This document shows, one piece after another, positions 57,360-64,000 of a stretch of DNA of 64,000 bases. Both the position numbers and the translations under genes were made by a program. The notes beneath the pieces are model-generated. The model was not told the DNA's origin. It did not search any database and saw only the letters and a program-made list of their open reading frames with translations. The DNA is from Candidatus Poribacteria bacterium (GTDB lineage Bacteria > Poribacteria > WGA-4E > PCPOR2b). Position 1 is the first letter of the stretch, and every line of letters begins with the position of its first letter. Where the stretch lies: positions 3,200,001 to 3,264,000 of the forward strand of contig OZ244587.1 in assembly GCA_965218095.1 (NCBI GenBank). Reading direction: 5' to 3'.

Positions 57360-57445
57360 AGGCAATGTTTCCTCTGTAAGATATGCGAATCAGCAAAGCA
57401 AGTTTTGCACTCCAGAGAACTCTATCACGTTTCACGCGTCACGAA

Positions 57446-58615
57446 TTACCTGACGCCTGTCAGGATTTCAAACGTCAACTGATCAAGTTTTTCGTATCGT
57501 AGACCTTTTGCGCCGAGTTCATTTGGCTTGAAATCTCTCGCTCTGAGCTGCTTTGCCTTGTCTGCGCTATACACCGACATGAGTCCTTCCAACTCAGCAT
57601 CTTGTGTACGGATTTCCGCCGAAAGTCCTTGAATTTCTGCATCCGCATTGAATCGACGAGCCTTCTCTTTGAAGATGAGATAGCTGCGCATACAGCCTGC
57701 CGCAAAATCCCACACGCCTTGTTCATCTTCGGTGCAATAGGCGTGGGCGTCAAAGTGCCGGGAGCCTTCCCATTTCACATCTTCCAGGAATTTCACCAAG
57801 AAGAACGCCCCCTTGATGTTTTCCGATCCAAACTGCAGGTCCTGATCAAACCGGCTCATCTTCTGATCGTTCAGATCAATATGGAACAACTTTCCAGCTT
57901 CGTAAGCCTGCGCAGCGCCGTGCATGAAATTCAGCCCTGCCATCGTTTCATGAGCAAACTCAGGGTTGACGCCCACCATCTCCGGGTGATCGAGGGTTTC
58001 AATGAAGTGAAGCATGTGTCCCGTCGTCGGAAGATAGATGTCTCCGCGCGGCTCATTCGGTTTCGCTTCCAGCGCAAAGCGCATGTTGTAGCCCTAGTCC
58101 TTGACATAATGGGTGAGAAAGTTGAGACCCTCACGATTCCACTTAATCGTGTCGGTCCCGTGCTTTGCAGCATCAACCTCTGCGCCTTCGCGTCCTCCCC
58201 AGAAGACGTAAATGGTTGCTCCCAGCTCAACGCCGAGATCGATGGCGTTCATCGTCTTCTGGAGGGCGAACCCACGGACTTTCGGATCATTTGATGTGAA
58301 CGCGCCATCTTTGAACACGGGGTGAAAAAACAGGTTTGTCGTTGCCATTGGCACTTTCATGCCGTAGTCATCCAACGCTTGCTTAAATTCTTTGACAATC
58401 TGATCGCGTTCACTTGCTAACGCATCGAAAGGTATGAGATCATTATCATGCAGATTGATTCCGTAAGTCCCCAATTTGCTGAGTTTCTGTACGGAATATG
58501 TCGGCTTGGGGAGTGGGCGCACCGCATCGCCAAAGGGATCTCGCCCCGGATTTCCAACTGTCCACAAGCCAAACGTAAATCGATGTTCCGGTTTTGGTTG
58601 ATATAAATCCGTCAT
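57446..58615 (-). pseudogene. xylA: Xylose isomerase (actinobacterial/Thermus type) with in-frame TAG
   Basis: [46 protein letters not shown]; TAG 58094-58096 (YVKD*GYNMRF). Confidence 0.93.
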
Positions 58616-59289
58616 TTACCTTTCTCCCATCTACAAAGTTTGCTCATGTTAGTACACCCATTAGTGAAATGCAAGCAAAAAGCGGTGATCTCAGTGACTC
58701 TCTTTATGGTCAATAAATTTGGTATAGGGTTTTAGGACACTATTATGTTATACTTTACTTCGCCGAAAAGAAGGTAAAGTCTTTGTTGTTAGTGAGAAAC
58801 CTGGGGGACATCAATTTGGCAGGAAGATGTTCTCTGGTCTGGCATCTGTGCAATGTTTGACTTCCACCAAGCAAAAGCGCATGTGGGGATAGATGTATGT
58901 ATCTTCCTCGTTTTCCTGATGGGGGATGATTTGATTACTACGCCCATCATTGTAAAAGATAGCTACGCTGATGTTCCAGAACGGCCAGGGTTGAGCCGCG
59001 GAACTTGATAACGATGCGGTGGAAAAGTGCCGAGTCAAAACATACTGTCTAACCTATTTTCATTTGTCCTCCGAGCAACAAGTCCAAATCCCTGATTTGC
59101 TGCGCCGATTGTTTCGTATCAAGGGCTTCCGCAGCATCCGAGAACGAATCACGTTAAGATTCAGATGCAAACGAGATCATATTGCCACTTCAACATTTCT
59201 GATGCCATTGCGTCCAATGGATTTGGAATTTTACAGAGGCATTCTTAAAAGAATCTCTGCAGATCTACAGATGGAGTGGAGGTGTAAAA

Positions 59290-59373
59290 GTATCTGAAAT
59301 ATCAGTTAAAGCTGTTTATAAAGGCGGTCATTTGATTCCCTTAGATGACTTAAATCTCAAAGAAGATAGCTAA
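59290..59373 (+). pseudogene. DUF104/AF2212-like antitoxin remnant
   Basis: GGAGG RBS, start codon lost, SVKAVYKGGHLIPLDDLNLKEDS*. Confidence 0.55.
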
Positions 59374-59476
59374 ATAATCATTAGTATGGTTGAATATCGT
59401 GTGAATAATCAAGTCAAATGCACTGGAAACAGCAGAAAAAGCGGAACTCATTTGCAAAATAAGGAGGTAAAAACGA

Positions 59477-62400
59477 ATGAAACAGACATTCCAACACATA
59501 TTCCGAACAACGTCAATCGTCTTAGCATTGACGGTCATACTGATTGGTTGTAAGCAAGAGGCGACCCGCAAAGCAGATTGGGAAACCCATTTCACAGATC
59601 TCCACTTCGTGGACACCAAGAATGGGTGGATTGTTGGGCTTGAAGGCTTAATCATCTACACAAAAGATGGCGGCAAAACGTGGCAACGCCAAGAGATTGA
59701 AACGGAAGGCGATTTTAAGTCCGTCTACTTCACAAATTCTCGATATGGCTGGGCAGTTGGCGACGAGGGCTTAATCGCCGTGACCGATGATGGCGGCAGG
59801 CATTGGCATCTTCAAAAGAGTGGCACATTAGCGATGCTCAATGATGTCTTCTTCGCCAATTCCAAAGAAGGGTGGATTATCGGAGAGGATGCCGATGTGC
59901 TGTACACGCAAAACGGCGGAAAGACGTGGAAACCCCATCAGGCTGTCAGTGATTTCCCACTCAAAGGTGTTTGGTTTGCAACTAATCGTCGTGGCTGGGT
60001 TGTCGGCGGAAACGATCTGATCCTCTACACACAAGACGGTGGAAAGCAGTGGCGACAGCAGAGCAATCGCTTTGAAGGGGAAAGGGATCGGCTGATTAAC
60101 GACAACAAGAACGTCTTTTTCATCAACGAAAACGAAGGCTGGCTAGTTGGGACTGATGGCTCGATCTTTCACACGACAAACGGTGGTGCCAAATGGACTC
60201 GTCAGGACAGCCGCATTCCACTCATCAACGGTCATGTCCGCGATACGGTGAACGGCATCCACTTCCATGATACGGAACACGGCGTAGCGGTTGCTGATGT
60301 CGGTTTTATCACCTTCACCGAAGATGGTGGAGAGAACTGGCGATTATTGGAAAGCGGTACGGAGAATAACCTGACCGGTGTCCAATTTACAAGTGAGAAG
60401 GAGGCGTGGGCGGTTGGTTGGTACGGCTCGATCTTGCACTCAGCAGATGGCGGCTCGACTTGGGAAATGGCCAGCGGAACCACCGCCAACGACCTTGAGG
60501 AGGTCCAGTTTGCCGATTCAAATCGGGCAATCGCTGTCGGCAAGCGTGGTACCATTGCGATGAGCCAGGATGGTGGGCAGACATGGACGGAAATCAAGAC
60601 GGATATCTGGGACAACATCCGAAGTATCTATTTTGCCTCGGATCAGGAAGGGTGGGCGGTCGGCGACCGTGGCATGATTGTCCATACCACCGATGGAGGG
60701 CAAAACTGGGAATACCAAAGAAGCGGCTGGTGGTATACGCTCAGAGGTATCTACTTCATTAATCCGAAAAAAGGATGGATCGTTGGCGATATCGGGACAG
60801 TGCTGCACACGGCTGACGGTGGTCAATCGTGGGTGCAGCAGACGCCGGGCGAATTTCATATGCTCAAAGGGGTTTTCTTCCTTGATGAGAAAGAGGGGTG
60901 GGCTGTCGGTTGGCCCGGCATCGTGATTCACACAACCAACGGTGGATTGACATGGACACAGCAAACAACAAACACGTACAATGAACTGTACGCGCTCTAC
61001 TTCGTCGATAGCAACACGGGTTGGGTTGTTGGTCAGTTTGGAGAGATCTTGCACACAAAAGATGGTGGCAAGACGTGGAAATTCCAGCGAAGCGGCACCG
61101 ATGCGAATCTGAATAAGGTTTTCCTTGCCGACGCAAATCACGGGTTGATCGTCGGAGACAATGGCGTAATCTTGACCACCACCAACGGTGGCGCAACGTG
61201 GGAAACACAGGAGAGCAGCACAGAGAATGATTTACTCGGATTTGCCCTCTCACCAGAAGGGATGGTCGCTGTCGGCAATGGTGGCGTTGCTATGCGTTAC
61301 TCCGTTGATGCGGTAGAACTTCCAGCCGAACTGCCACCTGTCGCATCAGAGATAGAGGCCGCCGAAGAACAACCGACTGTTGAGGAGGTTACCTATCACT
61401 GGAAACTCGTGCGTCAGGCAACCTGGCAAACGGACTTCGCCGATACCTATTTTCTCAATAATCTGGTAGGTTGGGCGGTTGGATCCGGTGGGGCGATTGC
61501 ACACACCATGGATGGTGGAAAAACGTGGATGCCTCAACACAGCAGCGTGACAACAGATCTACGTCGCATCACTTTCGCTGATGAATTTCACGGGTGGATT
61601 ACCGGACGTGGTATGCTGCTTCGGACGGAGAACGGCGGAAAGACATGGCAAGTGATTAAAGGTGTTCTGCAAAACTTCCGCCGTATCAATGCCATACAGT
61701 TTATCAACACCCAAGAGGGATGGCTTGGTGTCGATCAAGGGCAAACGCTCCACACGACGGATGGCGGCTTGACATGGAAACTCCAGAAGACTGGAACAAC
61801 TACCGCCGCAATAACAGATCTCCACTTTATCAACAGCAATGAAGGATGGGCGATTGCTCCCCAACGCCGCGATGGCGGGTTTATTCTGCACACTGTCAAT
61901 GGGGGCGACTACTGGGAGATCCAGGCAAAACCCAATCAACCCGGTGTTGCAATCCATTTTGCGGACGCGAAATCTGGGTGGGTCGTGATGGGGAATAGCA
62001 GATCCCTCATTACGAGCGATGGTGGCGTGACATGGAAACAACTCATCCCGGAAATGACAGTGGCTGGGCTTCGTCGAGTAAAATTCCGTAATCACAAAGA
62101 AGCATGGGGAATCAGCAGAGACGCGGCTATTCTCATAACAACCGACCAGGGCGAAAGTTGGCTGCCGATCTATATCGGGCTGGAAACAAAATCCGAATTG
62201 GTGGCAGCCAGAGAAAAAAGAGTAAAAGAAGAAGCAAACGAGACAAAACAGGATATTGTTCCCCCAGTGATACTGGACGACGAAAATTTCGCCGAAGCTT
62301 TCCAGAATCGTTTAAGCGATCGTCGATCCCGCTCCGGCCGCTTCACCCCAGAGGGCAACATCCCCGGTGATGAGGACACAACAGAGGTGCAGACGCTCCA

Positions 62401-63499
62401 ACAGACAGCGCGTCAAGAAAAACCTGTGGTTCGCCAACGCGCAATCCGTAGCCTCCGTCAATCCGGGTTGCCAATCACGAACATCTATTTTGTCGACGAT
62501 CGGCGTGCGTGGGGTGCCGGTGATGCGGGGCACATCTATCATACCGCGGACGGTGGTGAAACGTGGGAACGCCAGCTTGGTGAGCAACTTGATCATTTCC
62601 GCGATGTGCTGTTCTTCAGCAGCACGGAAGGTTGGATTGCTGGGGATAATGGGCTGTTGCTGGAAACTCAAGATGGTGGGCGGACTTGGAAACCCCTGAA
62701 AAGTGGGACACAACAGCGCATTGTCGGCGTTCACTTTGCTGATGTATCGGGGTTTGATCCGGAAACATCAGAGAAGTGGGGTTGGGCGATGAGACGCGAT
62801 GGAACGGTGCTTTATACGACCGATGGGGTGAAGTGGTCAGCAGGGCAAACCCCCATGCGTCCAGCCCTATTTGAGGAAGAACCACCGATACCATTTGTCA
62901 TGAACGATGTTGCGTTTGGCAAATTCTCAGAAGGTTGGGCTGTCGGGGCGGGTGGACAGATTATTCACAATCAGGACGGTGGCCCTATCTGGACGCCGCA
63001 ACGGACGTCTACGGAGAGTGATCTCTTGGGCATGGAAATGAAATACGCGCCCCTTGGTTGGGGTGCCGGTCATAGTGGGATTATTCAGCGGACAATCAAC
63101 GGCGGCGAGTATTGGAAATTCCACGAAACCGGCACCGGCTACAATCTCCATGCCATTTCATTTATCACCAAACGGAAGGGCTGGGCAGTTGGACAGTACG
63201 GCATGATTCTCAGCACCACCGGTGGCGGATTTCAATGGGAAGCAGTATCCAGCGGCATCATCCAAGATCTCTACGGTATCTTAGCGTTGTCTGAGGATGA
63301 GATCTACGCTGTCGGTGCCGCAGGCACCATCCTCCACTCAACAGATGGTGGCGTGACATGGGAACGGGAACACACGGATATTGCCAACGATCTCTACACT
63401 ATCGTCCGTGCGAAGAACGACAATACGCTGTGGGTCGTTGGTCAATGGGGCATCGTCCTGCGTCGAAGGATCGATGCTGCGGAGATGTCAATGCGATAG
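59477..63499 (+). CDS. YCF48-like BNR-repeat multi-beta-propeller lipoprotein
   Basis: AAGGAGG RBS; lipobox ILIGC; 26 counted T-x-D/N-GG-x-x-W-like repeats. Confidence 0.9.
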   Translation: MKQTFQHIFRTTSIVLALTVILIGCKQEATRKADWETHFTDLHFVDTKNGWIVGLEGLIIYTKDGGKTWQRQEIETEGDFKSVYFTNSRYGWAVGDEGLIAVTDDGGRHWHLQKSGTLAMLNDVFFANSKEGWIIGEDADVLYTQNGGKTWKPHQAVSDFPLKGVWFATNRRGWVVGGNDLILYTQDGGKQWRQQSNRFEGERDRLINDNKNVFFINENEGWLVGTDGSIFHTTNGGAKWTRQDSRIPLINGHVRDTVNGIHFHDTEHGVAVADVGFITFTEDGGENWRLLESGTENNLTGVQFTSEKEAWAVGWYGSILHSADGGSTWEMASGTTANDLEEVQFADSNRAIAVGKRGTIAMSQDGGQTWTEIKTDIWDNIRSIYFASDQEGWAVGDRGMIVHTTDGGQNWEYQRSGWWYTLRGIYFINPKKGWIVGDIGTVLHTADGGQSWVQQTPGEFHMLKGVFFLDEKEGWAVGWPGIVIHTTNGGLTWTQQTTNTYNELYALYFVDSNTGWVVGQFGEILHTKDGGKTWKFQRSGTDANLNKVFLADANHGLIVGDNGVILTTTNGGATWETQESSTENDLLGFALSPEGMVAVGNGGVAMRYSVDAVELPAELPPVASEIEAAEEQPTVEEVTYHWKLVRQATWQTDFADTYFLNNLVGWAVGSGGAIAHTMDGGKTWMPQHSSVTTDLRRITFADEFHGWITGRGMLLRTENGGKTWQVIKGVLQNFRRINAIQFINTQEGWLGVDQGQTLHTTDGGLTWKLQKTGTTTAAITDLHFINSNEGWAIAPQRRDGGFILHTVNGGDYWEIQAKPNQPGVAIHFADAKSGWVVMGNSRSLITSDGGVTWKQLIPEMTVAGLRRVKFRNHKEAWGISRDAAILITTDQGESWLPIYIGLETKSELVAAREKRVKEEANETKQDIVPPVILDDENFAEAFQNRLSDRRSRSGRFTPEGNIPGDEDTTEVQTLQQTARQEKPVVRQRAIRSLRQSGLPITNIYFVDDRRAWGAGDAGHIYHTADGGETWERQLGEQLDHFRDVLFFSSTEGWIAGDNGLLLETQDGGRTWKPLKSGTQQRIVGVHFADVSGFDPETSEKWGWAMRRDGTVLYTTDGVKWSAGQTPMRPALFEEEPPIPFVMNDVAFGKFSEGWAVGAGGQIIHNQDGGPIWTPQRTSTESDLLGMEMKYAPLGWGAGHSGIIQRTINGGEYWKFHETGTGYNLHAISFITKRKGWAVGQYGMILSTTGGGFQWEAVSSGIIQDLYGILALSEDEIYAVGAAGTILHSTDGGVTWEREHTDIANDLYTIVRAKNDNTLWVVGQWGIVLRRRIDAAEMSMR

Positions 63500-63581
63500 C
63501 TCAGGAATTCAGAGATGCAAGATTCAGATGCCGGGCATCTTGAATTTTGTGTTTCTGTCTGCTTGTAAAGGATGTGTGGAA

Positions 63582-63743
63582 ATGGACGTAGCATCTACGG
63601 AATCTATTGATGAGGCCGCAAAAGTAAAAGCTGATGCTGCCGACGCCAAAGCTATCGCAGCGGCTCAAGTTCCAATTATTGCTGAATTGCGGGCGGAGAT
63701 GGCGCGTATGCAAGAAGCACTTGAACGACAAAACCGTTCATGA
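63582..63743 (+). other. Short Ala-rich helical ORF remnant (resembles coiled-coil tails of Uma2-type proteins)
   Basis: AAKVKADAADAKAIA...AELRAEMARMQEALERQ. Confidence 0.3.
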
Positions 63744-63767
63744 TTATCCCTTATGGGAGTTTTCAAA

Positions 63768-64000
63768 ATGAAATCGAAGTACAGATCAAGCAAAGCACTT
63801 ATCGTTTCGTTCGCGTTACACCTCATCGTTGGCGTGGTGGGGTTTTTCTTTTGGCCCATGCAGAGACCAAGTTTAGAGCAGGAAGCCATTGACGCAGTGC
63901 TGATGCACGTTGAGAGACCAAAAGTGAAACGGTTGAATCGTCCCAAGCGGGTTCAAATACGAAAGCAGAAAGCGACGATGCAAACCAACCAACCAAGGCT
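63768..64000 (+). CDS. Partial gene with a TonB-like N-terminal membrane anchor
   Basis: MKSKYRSSKALIVSFALHLIVGVVGFFFWP (SxxxH motif); runs off the window. Confidence 0.6.
   Translation, partial: MKSKYRSSKALIVSFALHLIVGVVGFFFWPMQRPSLEQEAIDAVLMHVERPKVKRLNRPKRVQIRKQKATMQTNQPR

Noticed and set aside
913-58096. Genome-wide TAG reassignment (genetic code 15-like)
   Set aside because: TAG terminates many intact genes at expected positions, and TAA/TGA stops and frameshifts also interrupt genes
58680-59290. Short ORFs upstream of xylA
   Set aside because: No recognisable motifs; probably degraded DNA that cannot be assigned
9600-63400. Numerous overlapping or antisense ORFs in the six-frame track
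   Set aside because: They lie within well-supported genes and lack RBSs or motifs
1-64000. CRISPR array, tRNA or rRNA
   Set aside because: No regularly spaced 25-45 bp repeats with unique spacers, no cloverleaf and no rRNA signatures were seen

Overview
Bacterial chromosomal window with mid-range GC. DUF4838, DUF4159/DUF4175, several BNR proteins, PorV-like and TonB-anchor-like proteins and heptamer repeats suggest a Candidatus Poribacteria-like organism (inference). Intact housekeeping and metabolic genes include ubiX, an MqnP-type ubiA, groEL with a perfect CIRCE, two amt paralogues, trmB, holA, rpoZ, MacB-type ABC systems and a large YCF48/BNR lipoprotein. They are interleaved with many genes broken by single nonsense codons or frameshifts (aroF, xylA, a cupin, Gfo/Idh/MocA, a BNR protein, antitoxins). 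Mobile DNA: two Russian-doll IS nests with readable TIRs and TSDs (IS5 in the TIR of IS982; IS630 in IS5 in a DDE IS just upstream of the groEL promoter), a group II intron 3' remnant, and several REP/MITE and heptamer-hairpin families. The best candidate for an undescribed system is an IS1595 element (about 16657-18850). Its two ends look like symmetric inward-facing promoters, and its cargo is a hairpin-punctuated array of micro-ORFs, one of which sits in a 341-bp unit bounded by a 22-bp repeat of the transposase 3' end. No CRISPR array, tRNA or rRNA was found.
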